DNA of 40,954 nt, taken from positions 1-40,954 of the IMG/VR virus record IMGVR_UViG_3300044475_000010; one strand, given 5' to 3'. The stretch comes from a virus. Taxonomy: Duplodnaviria > Caudoviricetes. The translations under genes were made by a program, and so were the position numbers. Position 1 is the first letter of the stretch. The number at the start of each line of letters is the position of its first letter. Of the stretch, positions 8,504 to 16,981 are shown piece after piece. Under the pieces are notes generated by a model. The model made no database searches. It saw only the letters and a list, made by a program, of their open reading frames with translations, and was not told the origin of the DNA.

Positions 8504-10593
8504 CAGTGGCAATCCAGCCAGGACTGACCTTCATTGCTGTCAGTGTCCAGCGTGCAGCGGAACTTGAAGAACTCGCCGGTTGCGCGCATGGCCTCTTGTG
8601 AGCACTCCTTGAGTGCAGCGGCCACTTCAGCATTGCGGCAGGCCACTTGAATTTCATCGTGGACCCAGGCCATGTAGCAGAAGTCGCCATCGACCCATCC
8701 GTGCTTGTAGCCACGGGCGATCATCAGGCGCTCAGTGCGGACAATCCACTCCTTGCAGATCAGCGCCCCAGCGGACTGGAGCAGGGTGTTCAGCGCGGAG
8801 TGCGGGGACCGGACATTCAGCTTGCGCCCGTCCAGGCCCTTCAGGTACTTGCGCCGCCACTTGATCTTCTGCTCACCGTCCACCCAGCGGGAGGACTCCA
8901 CGAGTTGCCCCTCAATGGCATCCCTCAGCATCTTGATGGCCGGTGTGGCCGCCATGAAGGCTTTCTTCAGGGCCTTGCCCTTCTGGGCGTCCCCGCCAGG
9001 GACAATGCTGCCGATCTTCTCGTCGCCCGCCCCGTAGAGGAAGGCGTAGATGAACGTCTTGGCGTAGCCGCGATGGGCCTCGTGGGAATCGTTGTGCTTG
9101 TCGCGGAGGGTCCCTACGGGGAAGAACCCGAGGGCCAGTACGTTGGTCCAGTGAACGTCACCGTTCAGGACTTCGTTGATGTACTTGCCTTCGTCGTACT
9201 TGCACATGAAGTGGGCCAGACAGCGCAGCTCCAGACCGGACGCATCGGAGCCCACTTGCAGGGCCTCCTTCCAGCGGTCGGCCACGGCCTTGCCATAGCG
9301 GCGGGACAGGGCGCGGTACAGGTGGCGGGTGCCGAATGCGTTGCGGCATTCAGGCCCGTACAGCTTGTCCTTCGCCGGGACCTGGGCGATGTTCGGGAAG
9401 GCGTGCGTGGCGCGGCCAGTCACGGCACCGTTGGTGTTCACGGAACCGTGGATGAAACCGTCCTTGCACAGCTTCAGCCAAGCGTTGTCGCCCTCGGCAA
9501 TCTGCCCCAGGCGCTTCTGCACGGTCAGGTACTTGACGATCTTGTCCACTGCGGCCTGGGCCTCAGGGTCAGCGAGGCGGACCTCGGCCAGGATGTCGGC
9601 GTCGATGCTTGCCTGCCCGGTCGGGGTGAACTCGGTCGGCTCCCAGCCGCGCTCCTTCAGGACCTTGGCGATATGCTGCTGCGACCCTGGGTTGAACTGC
9701 ACCAGCTCCAGCGGGGTGTACGGGCATCCGGCAACGTAGTCTCGGGTGTCCAGCGTACCGTCCTTCTTGAAGATGCCGCCGACCTTCGGGTACTTGACCA
9801 TCGGGTACTTCGGCAGTGGTGCGCCAGTGCGGGGATGCTTGAAGATCTCCTTCCCGACCGGCTTGTACCATGTTCCGAAGGTAGCCACAACGTCATCCAG
9901 CAGGCCCTGACGGAGGCCCGCCAGTTGCGCGTAGAGTGCCTGAGCGTCGTCTTCCCCAAAGGGGAACCCATTGCGCTCTTGCTGGGCCATCAGCCACGCT
10001 ACATCGTGCTCCAGGCGGACTGCGTAAATGGCACCCTCGAAGGTCTCCCCGAAGTAGTGCGTATCCTGGGTCAGCTTGTCGAACAGTTTGCGGGTGACCA
10101 GAACGTCATTCTCGCAGTAGTCCAGCATCTCCTCGTTGAACTCTGCCCAGGCATCCTCGGACTCGCCGTAGGAGCCCTTCAGGACGCCCAGGCGGTAACC
10201 CCATGCCTTCAGCGAGTGGGACCCGTACAGCTTGCCCGGCAGGGTTCCCTGGCGCAGGCGTGCGTTGTCGGAGTCCTTGATGTCCGAGTAGATCAGACGG
10301 GAGATCGTCAGGGTATCGAGGATCTTCTCGTGCGGGAACTTGAAGTCGGGGTACAGGAACTCGATGACGGGCACGTCATACTTGATGCCGTTGTGGGCCA
10401 CCAAGAGGTCGGAGTCCATGAGCATGTCCAGGGCCTCTTGGATCTTGTCAGGCCCGAAACGGTGGTAGGTCTCTGTCTCGTAATCATGGATCACGATGCA
10501 GTGAATCTTGGAGACCGGGTTTGCCCCATTCTCTGCGGTGCAGGAATACTTGAGCAGGCCATCGGTCTCGATGTCAAACAGTCGAATCTTCAT
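8503..10593 (-). CDS. DNA polymerase, family A (T7 gp5-like) with 3'-5' exonuclease and thioredoxin-binding insert
   Basis: Exonuclease motifs DIET, HNGIKYD and YCENDV; polymerase motifs DASGLELR, KTFIYAFLYG and VHDE; TBD-like KHPRTGAPLPKYP...FNPGS. Confidence 0.98.
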   Translation of the reverse strand: MKIRLFDIETDGLLKYSCTAENGANPVSKIHCIVIHDYETETYHRFGPDKIQEALDMLMDSDLLVAHNGIKYDVPVIEFLYPDFKFPHEKILDTLTISRLIYSDIKDSDNARLRQGTLPGKLYGSHSLKAWGYRLGVLKGSYGESEDAWAEFNEEMLDYCENDVLVTRKLFDKLTQDTHYFGETFEGAIYAVRLEHDVAWLMAQQERNGFPFGEDDAQALYAQLAGLRQGLLDDVVATFGTWYKPVGKEIFKHPRTGAPLPKYPMVKYPKVGGIFKKDGTLDTRDYVAGCPYTPLELVQFNPGSQQHIAKVLKERGWEPTEFTPTGQASIDADILAEVRLADPEAQAAVDKIVKYLTVQKRLGQIAEGDNAWLKLCKDGFIHGSVNTNGAVTGRATHAFPNIAQVPAKDKLYGPECRNAFGTRHLYRALSRRYGKAVADRWKEALQVGSDASGLELRCLAHFMCKYDEGKYINEVLNGDVHWTNVLALGFFPVGTLRDKHNDSHEAHRGYAKTFIYAFLYGAGDEKIGSIVPGGDAQKGKALKKAFMAATPAIKMLRDAIEGQLVESSRWVDGEQKIKWRRKYLKGLDGRKLNVRSPHSALNTLLQSAGALICKEWIVRTERLMIARGYKHGWVDGDFCYMAWVHDEIQVACRNAEVAAALKECSQEAMRATGEFFKFRCTLDTDSNEGQSWLDCH

Positions 10594-10664
10594 TGGCGGC
10601 TCCCCAGGTACATCAGCAGAAGCGCACTCACCAGGAGCGCGTAGTCGTAGTTGGTCAGGATCAT
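10590..10664 (-). CDS. 24-aa hydrophobic peptide
   Basis: Read manually: MILTNYDYALLVSALLLMYLGSRQ. TGATG overlap with the helicase stop and ATGA overlap with the polymerase start. Confidence 0.6.
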   Translation of the reverse strand: MILTNYDYALLVSALLLMYLGSRQ

Positions 10665-12328
10665 CAGAACTCTTCCTCAGGCGGTGCCGTGCTGGAGGGT
10701 TCAGTCGAATCGCTGAAGTCCGGAGAGTCGTCCATGAGGCGGCCCGTGGTCTTGTTGAACCGCAGGTATCCAGCCTCCCCGGTGTCGCCAGTGAAGCGGC
10801 ACTTCAGGACACGGATCAGCACGAGGTTGGGGTCCTCGCCCTGCTGGTCACGCTCAAACCCGATGACGGTATCCGACAGTTGCGCGATGGCACCGGAGCC
10901 ACGCAGCTCAGACAGGCTAATCTGCGCGCCTTCTTCGTGGCCCTTGCTCTTGCCGTCCTTGCGCTTCAGGTGAGTGACGCAGATCAGGATGACGTTGGCG
11001 GCCTTGGCGGCAGTCTTCAGCTTGGTCATGAGGCGGTCGATGGTCTTGCGCTCGTCCTCCCCGTTCTCCATGCCGGAAACGACAATGGATAAGTGGTCGA
11101 GGATGATCGCTTCGCAGTCCATAACCTGGGCCATGTACTTCAGCTTGTTGACCAGGGAGTCCTCCTCAGCAGAGCCGAAGTGGTCATAGAGGTAGAACTG
11201 GTCATTGTCGAAGAGCAGGTCGTAGGTGGCGGACTTCTCCTCGGGAGTGGTCGTCTCGGGGAACTGCCGGATTCGCTTGCCCAGGTGCAGGCCCATGATG
11301 TCCAGCAGGGTCTCCTCCACGGCCTCCTCGATGAAAGCCAGACCGGTCTTCATGCCTGTCAGGTGACCCCAGCCGTATGCCACTTCACGGGCAAACGAGG
11401 ACTTGCCCATGCCGGACCCGGAGGTCAGCATGATGACTTCCCCCTTACGGGCCCCCAGCGTCATTGCGTTCAGGGTGCCACCCAGGGGGAACCGGATGGA
11501 CTCCACCACGGCACGGGACATGACCCGCGACTTCAGATCCTTGGCGGCCACGATACCATCGGGACGGTACGGGGCTGCATTCCAGATCGCGTTGATGACA
11601 TCCTGCCCGGCACCCTCTTGGAGCGCCGCGTTGGCGTCCTTGAAGTCATCCGGCAAGTGGGCCACAAAGGTCTTCCCTGGGGGCAGCACTTCGGCGGCCT
11701 CTTGGGTTGCCAGACGGCCCGGCTCGTCGTTGTCGAACATGAGGACGATCTTCTCGTAGCCTTCGAGGTACGACAGGTTTGCTGCGATGGACTTGCGGGC
11801 GGCCTTAGCGCCACACGGCAGGGAGACCACAGGCCACTTCAGGCCCTGAAGCTGCGCCACGGAGAGGCAGTCGATCTCGCCCTCGGTGATGACGATCATC
11901 TTCCCCTTACCGCTCCACAGATGGGCCCCGTAAAGGGTGTCATTGCTGACCTTGCCCAGCGCCACGAAATTCTTGTCCTTGTCTCGGATCTTTTGGCCGA
12001 CCAGGGAACCGTCTGCGGTCCGGTAGTCTGCCACTTGCACGCTCTTGCCGTTCATCTTCGCCAGCCAGTAGCCATACTTCGCGCAAGTCTCTTTCGTGAT
12101 TTTACGGGCCGGTAGTGCTTCGATCCGACCCTCATTCCCGCCGTATGTCAGCAGGCCAGCCGCCTTAGCGCGCTGGTTGTTCTCGACTTCACCTTCGCCT
12201 GGGACATAAGCGTCGCACGCGAAACAGAATTGGTGTCCATCCGAGTAGAGGGAGTTCGCATCCGAACTACCACAGTTCTCGCATGGCACATGCTTGATGA
12301 AGTCTGAGGTGTCTTTCTCATTGGACAT
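10664..12328 (-). CDS. DNA primase/helicase (T7 gp4-like)
   Basis: Zn finger CENC...CFAC; TOPRIM motifs TEGEID and FDNDEPG; Walker A SGSGMGKS; ILDHLS; LRGSGAIAQLSD. Confidence 0.98.
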   Translation of the reverse strand: MSNEKDTSDFIKHVPCENCGSSDANSLYSDGHQFCFACDAYVPGEGEVENNQRAKAAGLLTYGGNEGRIEALPARKITKETCAKYGYWLAKMNGKSVQVADYRTADGSLVGQKIRDKDKNFVALGKVSNDTLYGAHLWSGKGKMIVITEGEIDCLSVAQLQGLKWPVVSLPCGAKAARKSIAANLSYLEGYEKIVLMFDNDEPGRLATQEAAEVLPPGKTFVAHLPDDFKDANAALQEGAGQDVINAIWNAAPYRPDGIVAAKDLKSRVMSRAVVESIRFPLGGTLNAMTLGARKGEVIMLTSGSGMGKSSFAREVAYGWGHLTGMKTGLAFIEEAVEETLLDIMGLHLGKRIRQFPETTTPEEKSATYDLLFDNDQFYLYDHFGSAEEDSLVNKLKYMAQVMDCEAIILDHLSIVVSGMENGEDERKTIDRLMTKLKTAAKAANVILICVTHLKRKDGKSKGHEEGAQISLSELRGSGAIAQLSDTVIGFERDQQGEDPNLVLIRVLKCRFTGDTGEAGYLRFNKTTGRLMDDSPDFSDSTEPSSTAPPEEEF

Positions 12329-12344
12329 TCAAACCTCCTAACGT

Positions 12345-12375
12345 AAAAATCCCCACGCCGATTGGCGCAGGGATA
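12345..12375 (-). terminator. Hairpin plus U-tract overlapping the promoter start site
   Basis: Minus strand ATCCCTGCGCC-AATC-GGCGTGGGGAT-TTTT (11-bp stem with two G-U pairs). Confidence 0.6.
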
Positions 12376-12388
12376 GTGGGGGTTAATT
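12372..12388 (-). promoter_or_regulatory. Phage RNAP promoter upstream of primase/helicase
   Basis: AATTAACCCCCACTATC. Confidence 0.88.
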
Positions 12389-13814
12389 ACTTCATGGCAC
12401 CCCAGGCACGAGCGAGGCGTCGGCAAGCCATCGCCTTCAGGTGCGTACCATCAGGGGTGGTGTAGTAGGCACCAATGACGGCGGTGCCCCCGGTGACTGC
12501 GGTGTTGGCCGCGAGGTTGTTGCCCGCTGCCGAGACCAGCTTCGCCACGGTTGGCGAGTTGTTGTACCGCAGGAAACCTTGAAGGGCTCCCCCGGACGGG
12601 CCCGCAGTCAGCAGCCGCACAGGCACCCAGTCGTCCATGCCGGTGAGGGCCGCCGATGCGGAGGTCATGCTGTCCACCCCAGCGGTCGTGGAGATGTCCG
12701 TCACGGTTCGACCAGTGGGGGCCGGGAGCCAGATGCCGCTGCCCTCAGCCGTCTCGATGGCGGCCACGGAGAGTACCGAGGAGGCCACCTTGGGGGCGTT
12801 GTAGAGGAAGGCGTTGACTTGATTGCGGATCGCCAGACGGCCCGTGTTCACCGTTTGATTCGCAGCGGTGGCGAAGAAGTCGGTGCTCGTGGTGTTGGGC
12901 GGCGTCAGGGCCACGCGGATGTAGCGAATCGGATCTGCCCACAGCGCACGGTTGGCGATGATGCTGTCCCGGACGGTAGTGAAGGCCGCCGAGTTCAGGA
13001 TGTCGTTGATGCCCAGGTTGTCGTAGATCACCGTGGGGGACGCCTTGGCCGCAAGGGCGCGGCGCTTCGTGCTCTGCGTGGTGTACCATGCTGCGCGGTC
13101 TGCACCGATGCCCATGTTGATGTAGGCCATGTTCTGGGCCAGGACGAGGCGGCTGACGATGCCGACATCACCAGCACCATCGAACGAGTCGCCTTCACCC
13201 TTCATGATGGAGTCGCCTACCATGCAGGCCACTTCGCCGGAGGACATGGCGCGGACCAGGGCCGGGCGGTAGATCGTGTTACCCATAGCAGCGACAGTGC
13301 CTCCACCGGTCAGGTCGGTTGCACCCGTGCCCACGTAGCCATCCTTGGAGGGATCACCATCGGCACCCAGGGTCATGATGACGCCCAGCGGGTTTGTCTG
13401 GAAGATGCGCACCCAGTAGATGGCATTGGCCGGGAGGGCCACCTTAGCGGTCAACACAGCTTCGCCGCCATCGGGGATCGTCACGGTGCCCACAGGGGTG
13501 ATGGTGCCCTCGGGGTACTCCACGGATACCTTGAAGGTGCCGGGGCCACCGGGGCCGACTTCCTGGCCGTCGATGGTCGCGTTGCCGGAGCCGCGCACCA
13601 GCCAGTTCACGAGGGTAATCTCGATTTCATCAGCAGCCTGGGTGGTGACGTGGTAGGAGCGGCTCATGCTGGACGGGATGGAGGAGGCGCTTTGGTTCGT
13701 CGGGATGCGGTGTCGGGTCGAGATCAAGGCCATGCGGCGAGCGCGGGAGGGCAGGCCGGAGCCGACCACGATGTCCGGGTTGCGCACCACGGAGGAAGAG
13801 GTTTGCACGCTCAT
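12387..13814 (-). CDS. SGNH/GDSL hydrolase (esterase/deacetylase) with a beta-rich N-terminal domain
   Basis: Block I VGDSIM, block II GIGAD, block III NLGINDI and block V PDGTHL. Confidence 0.85.
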   Translation of the reverse strand: MSVQTSSSVVRNPDIVVGSGLPSRARRMALISTRHRIPTNQSASSIPSSMSRSYHVTTQAADEIEITLVNWLVRGSGNATIDGQEVGPGGPGTFKVSVEYPEGTITPVGTVTIPDGGEAVLTAKVALPANAIYWVRIFQTNPLGVIMTLGADGDPSKDGYVGTGATDLTGGGTVAAMGNTIYRPALVRAMSSGEVACMVGDSIMKGEGDSFDGAGDVGIVSRLVLAQNMAYINMGIGADRAAWYTTQSTKRRALAAKASPTVIYDNLGINDILNSAAFTTVRDSIIANRALWADPIRYIRVALTPPNTTSTDFFATAANQTVNTGRLAIRNQVNAFLYNAPKVASSVLSVAAIETAEGSGIWLPAPTGRTVTDISTTAGVDSMTSASAALTGMDDWVPVRLLTAGPSGGALQGFLRYNNSPTVAKLVSAAGNNLAANTAVTGGTAVIGAYYTTPDGTHLKAMACRRLARAWGAMK

Positions 13815-14044
13815 CAGCAGACTCCGAACTTAGCGGTGCCGACTGCGCGGATGCGCACTTCGCCGGTCCCGAGATAGACGATACGGGCACCAGTGGTGGT
13901 GAAGCGGTCGGCTTCGATCCAATCGGTGTCCAGCTTGTACTCGATCACCACGTAGTTGCTGGTGGTGTCCCCGGTGACGGACGTGACCAGAACGCGGTCC
14001 GAACGCACCATGGAGTTGTATTCCTGAATCGTGGAACTATTCAT
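13814..14044 (-). CDS. Hypothetical 76-aa beta-rich protein coupled to the SGNH gene
   Basis: AGGAG RBS; TGATG overlap with the SGNH start codon. Confidence 0.75.
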   Translation of the reverse strand: MNSSTIQEYNSMVRSDRVLVTSVTGDTTSNYVVIEYKLDTDWIEADRFTTTGARIVYLGTGEVRIRAVGTAKFGVC

Positions 14045-14056
14045 CTTTTCTCCTTG

Positions 14057-14533
14057 TTATGGCAGCACGGTGGCCGCCCAGGTTTTTGCATCGAATTGCG
14101 GACAGGTCTTGCCAGCGTTGTCCACATTGCGGTGGCCCACCACTTCAGCAGTGGGGTACAGCCCCTTCAGTTGCTTCAGCAGCACCACCAGGGAAAGCTG
14201 CTGCTCCTTCGTGAAGTGGTCGTCAATGGTGCCGGGCTTGCCCTTACCACCGACCATGCAGATGCCCACAGAGCGGGAATTAACCAGGGCAGCGTGGGCC
14301 CCTATGGCACCCACAGGGCGGCCACCCTCAATGGTCCCATCGCGGCGGATCACGAAATGGTAGCCAATGGCGGACCAGCCGTTGTCCCGGACGTGCCACT
14401 GGTTGATCTCGCGGGCACCGATGTCCATGCTCGGCGGGGTGTCCGCACAGTGTACCACAACGAGGTCGGTCTTCTGGCGGGCCTTAAAGGGGATGGTCGC
14501 CAGGGGCGGGTATTCTTTGTTGATGTCGGTCAT
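14057..14533 (-). CDS. Endolysin, N-acetylmuramoyl-L-alanine amidase (T7 gp3.5-like)
   Basis: Zn-amidase residues in VVHCADT, IGYHFVIRRDG, GHR and KTCP. Confidence 0.96.
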   Translation of the reverse strand: MTDINKEYPPLATIPFKARQKTDLVVVHCADTPPSMDIGAREINQWHVRDNGWSAIGYHFVIRRDGTIEGGRPVGAIGAHAALVNSRSVGICMVGGKGKPGTIDDHFTKEQQLSLVVLLKQLKGLYPTAEVVGHRNVDNAGKTCPQFDAKTWAATVLP

Positions 14534-14991
14534 GCTTTCTCCTTCTTGGCGATCAGCGCCGAGGAGCGCGGCTTACGTGGCTCATTCAGCCATTCCAGCG
14601 GGACGAGTTTATCGGCGTACTTGAAGCCGTTCTTGTCGCACCACGCAGCGTAGGAAGTGGGGGAGCCCTTGTACAGCTTTGCTTTGGAATTGGAGAACAC
14701 GAAGCGGATGTCGAGTTCTGGGAATTGGGTCTTGATGAGTACGTGCTTCTTGCGATCATCCGAGTCAAAGATGCCTTTGCCTTCGAGGATGATGCCGTTG
14801 GGTAGTACGAAATCGGGGGTGTACTTGTGTTGGGATTCGGGAACAGTGTAGCGCACTTCGTACTGCTCGAACACAACCGGAACCCCCTTGGAGTCCAGTT
14901 GTGCTGCGATCTTGTCTTCGAGGCCAGAGCGGTAAGCCGCCCTGGTGTGCGTACCCCACCCGCCCTTACGGGAGAACGGGCGGGATGTCAT
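14530..14991 (-). CDS. Endonuclease I / Holliday junction resolvase (T7 gp3-like)
   Basis: Motifs YRSGLE, YTPDFVLPNG, EGKG, DRKKH and LDIRFVFS. Confidence 0.97.
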   Translation of the reverse strand: MTSRPFSRKGGWGTHTRAAYRSGLEDKIAAQLDSKGVPVVFEQYEVRYTVPESQHKYTPDFVLPNGIILEGKGIFDSDDRKKHVLIKTQFPELDIRFVFSNSKAKLYKGSPTSYAAWCDKNGFKYADKLVPLEWLNEPRKPRSSALIAKKEKA

Positions 14992-15647
14992 CAGAAGTCG
15001 TCCTCTTCGTCAGGCGGCATGGAGCCCTGTTCTTCGGACTGCTCTTCGCCATCCGACTCATCGCCCCAGCCGCCGTCGCCGCCGCCAGTCACAGCCACCG
15101 GCTTCAGCAGTTGGATCGACTCCAGGCGCAGCGACACGCCAGCGCCCACAGCAGCCATCGCGTATTCGGACACGGTGTAACCGATGCGGACGATGGAGCC
15201 AGCGCCGAACAGGGGGATGTCTTCCGGTGCGATGCGCTTGCCCTTCGCGTCGAAGATCGGCACGGTGCGGTTGATGGTCTCGCCTTCGGTGCCCTTCTTC
15301 TTGGACACGTAGGAGGCGTTCGACTTGAAGGTGAAGATGTACTTGCCTTCGTCGTCATCGAAGTAGCCGCCGCAGCCGCCTTCGGCCAGCTCCTTGCCCT
15401 TCAGTTGCTTCTTCTTGGCCGGGTCCTTGGCGAACTCGGCTTTCGCTGCCTTCCACTTGGCCTCGGCGCGGGCGGCCAGCGACTCGTACATCGGTGCGCC
15501 AGCTTCGGGGTCGAATGCCACGCGGATCTTGAACTCGCCTTGCGGCTTGAACTTGGTGTCCGGCTTGGTCACGCAGACATAACCGAACGCCTCGCCACGC
15601 GGGGTGCGCTCGATGGTCGGCTTCTCGGGGGTTGCGATCTTGCTCAT
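14991..15647 (-). CDS. Single-stranded DNA-binding protein (T7 gp2.5-like)
   Basis: Motifs TPRG, KPD and GAGVSLRLESIQ; acidic tail ending in Phe (DEEDDF). Confidence 0.93.
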   Translation of the reverse strand: MSKIATPEKPTIERTPRGEAFGYVCVTKPDTKFKPQGEFKIRVAFDPEAGAPMYESLAARAEAKWKAAKAEFAKDPAKKKQLKGKELAEGGCGGYFDDDEGKYIFTFKSNASYVSKKKGTEGETINRTVPIFDAKGKRIAPEDIPLFGAGSIVRIGYTVSEYAMAAVGAGVSLRLESIQLLKPVAVTGGGDGGWGDESDGEEQSEEQGSMPPDEEDDF

Positions 15648-15668
15648 ATACTCTCCTTAGTTTGTCGG

Positions 15669-15685
15669 ATTAGTGGGGGTTAAAT
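15669..15685 (-). promoter_or_regulatory. Phage RNAP promoter (phi2.5-like)
   Basis: ATTTAACCCCCACTAAT. Confidence 0.82.
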
Positions 15686-15865
15686 GATCTGGCCGATGTC
15701 GTACACTTCGCCCTGAACCTTCAGGCGCGACAGGTACTCTTCAGCCCAGTCATAAGCGGCGTCCACGGACACGGCCTTGGTGCGCTCTTCGACCAGATGG
15801 CGGACGCCACCCAGCTTGAAGCGGACCCGGTAGGTGTCCAGTGGTTTAGAATTTGAATCGGGCAT
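15680..15865 (-). CDS. T7 gp2-like host RNA polymerase inhibitor (divergent)
   Basis: Start MPDSN with GGAGG RBS. AVSVDAAYDWAEEY resembles gp2 AETLDEALELAEWQY; lies just before the SSB gene. Confidence 0.55.
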   Translation of the reverse strand: MPDSNSKPLDTYRVRFKLGGVRHLVEERTKAVSVDAAYDWAEEYLSRLKVQGEVYDIGQII

Positions 15866-16517
15866 TGAATTGCGCCTCCATTTGTTCAGGGGCACCCATG
15901 ATGTTCTTGATGTAGCCGTCGAAACGCCAGCCCTTGAGGTGCCCCTCAGCGATCTGCGTGGTGCGGTCCAGGACCTTGTTGGCTACCCAGTCGGCGGAAA
16001 TGTGTAGGAGCGTGCCACCGGCCCCCTTGAGGGCTTGCGCCTCGTTGGGGAAGCGGACATCGGTGACCACCGGGATCTGGCCCGATGCGAGGACGCCAGT
16101 GACGGCCTCCAGGCCCTTGTCCAGCCAGTAGTTGGGCGTGCCCTTGTACTCGCGGCGGAACTCGGTTCCGTAGATCAGCAAGTGCTGCCGGGCTGACATC
16201 AGCTCGTGGGCGTCATAGCCCTTGTCCAGTAGGAACTTGAAGTATTCCGAGCCGGTCCCGATGCCCCAGTTGAGGCGGAACGGTCGAAGGGCCCCCATGG
16301 GTTTGTCCTTGAGGGCCGGGTCGTTGCGGATCTCCAGCCAGTCTTCCCGCGAGATGTACGGGAACAGGCGGCCCACCTCGGTGGTAAGGGCGTCGGCAAA
16401 CTTCACGTTCACCAGCGACTCGCCATCCGGGTGGTTCTCTTGCAGGCGGTTGAAGAAGGTGTCCTTGCCGGAGCCTGGGGCATCAGCAGCAAGGCCGAGG
16501 AACTTCACTTTTTCCAC
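15846..16517 (-). CDS. Deoxynucleoside monophosphate kinase
   Basis: P-loop PGSGKDT, KFADAL, YGTEFRR and VTDVRFPNEA; likely GTG start at 16517. Confidence 0.9.
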   Translation of the reverse strand: MEKVKFLGLAADAPGSGKDTFFNRLQENHPDGESLVNVKFADALTTEVGRLFPYISREDWLEIRNDPALKDKPMGALRPFRLNWGIGTGSEYFKFLLDKGYDAHELMSARQHLLIYGTEFRREYKGTPNYWLDKGLEAVTGVLASGQIPVVTDVRFPNEAQALKGAGGTLLHISADWVANKVLDRTTQIAEGHLKGWRFDGYIKNIMGAPEQMEAQFNARFKF

Positions 16518-16798
16518 GAGGCCACCTTTTCCTTGAGACGCAGCCAGCGGGCGTGCAGACGGGGGAAGCGGCCCTGGTAGGGTTGCAGGTTGATGCGCCG
16601 GGCCACGCTCACTGCGTCCCATGTCTCACGATCCAGCATGAACCAGATGCCTGCGAGGTTGACAGCTTGGATACGCTTCTGGCCCATGTCCGACCACAGC
16701 GCCTTGCGGGCACCGTTCTTTGTCTTGGGCCAGTTTCCGTCAGTCAGCACAATGACGTGCTGCCCACCGTTGTTACGGCGGCGGAGTTGAATTGTCAT
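16505..16798 (-). CDS. T7 gp1.6-like protein
   Basis: C-terminal RFPRLHARWLRLKEKV resembles the gp1.6 family; follows a phage promoter. Confidence 0.65.
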   Translation of the reverse strand: MTIQLRRRNNGGQHVIVLTDGNWPKTKNGARKALWSDMGQKRIQAVNLAGIWFMLDRETWDAVSVARRINLQPYQGRFPRLHARWLRLKEKVASWKK

Positions 16799-16820
16799 GG
16801 TGTTCTCCTTTGTTGTCAGG

Positions 16821-16837
16821 GTTAGTGGGGGTTAATT
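16821..16837 (-). promoter_or_regulatory. Phage RNAP promoter (phi1.6-like)
   Basis: AATTAACCCCCACTAAC. Confidence 0.85.
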
Positions 16838-16981
16838 CCACAGGCCCCTCGTGGTGACCACAACGGTCACGGCAAGGGCGACCGCCATAGTTACCGCGAA
16901 GGCACCTATGACGGCCACCATCCAGCGGGCGAACTGCTGGCGCTCCTTGAGGGAGCACGTTCTGGGATCAGGGCTGCACAT
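16832..16981 (-). CDS. Small membrane protein (49 aa)
   Basis: Start MCSPDP via a TGATG overlap; one long hydrophobic segment. Confidence 0.6.
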   Translation of the reverse strand: MCSPDPRTCSLKERQQFARWMVAVIGAFAVTMAVALAVTVVVTTRGLWN

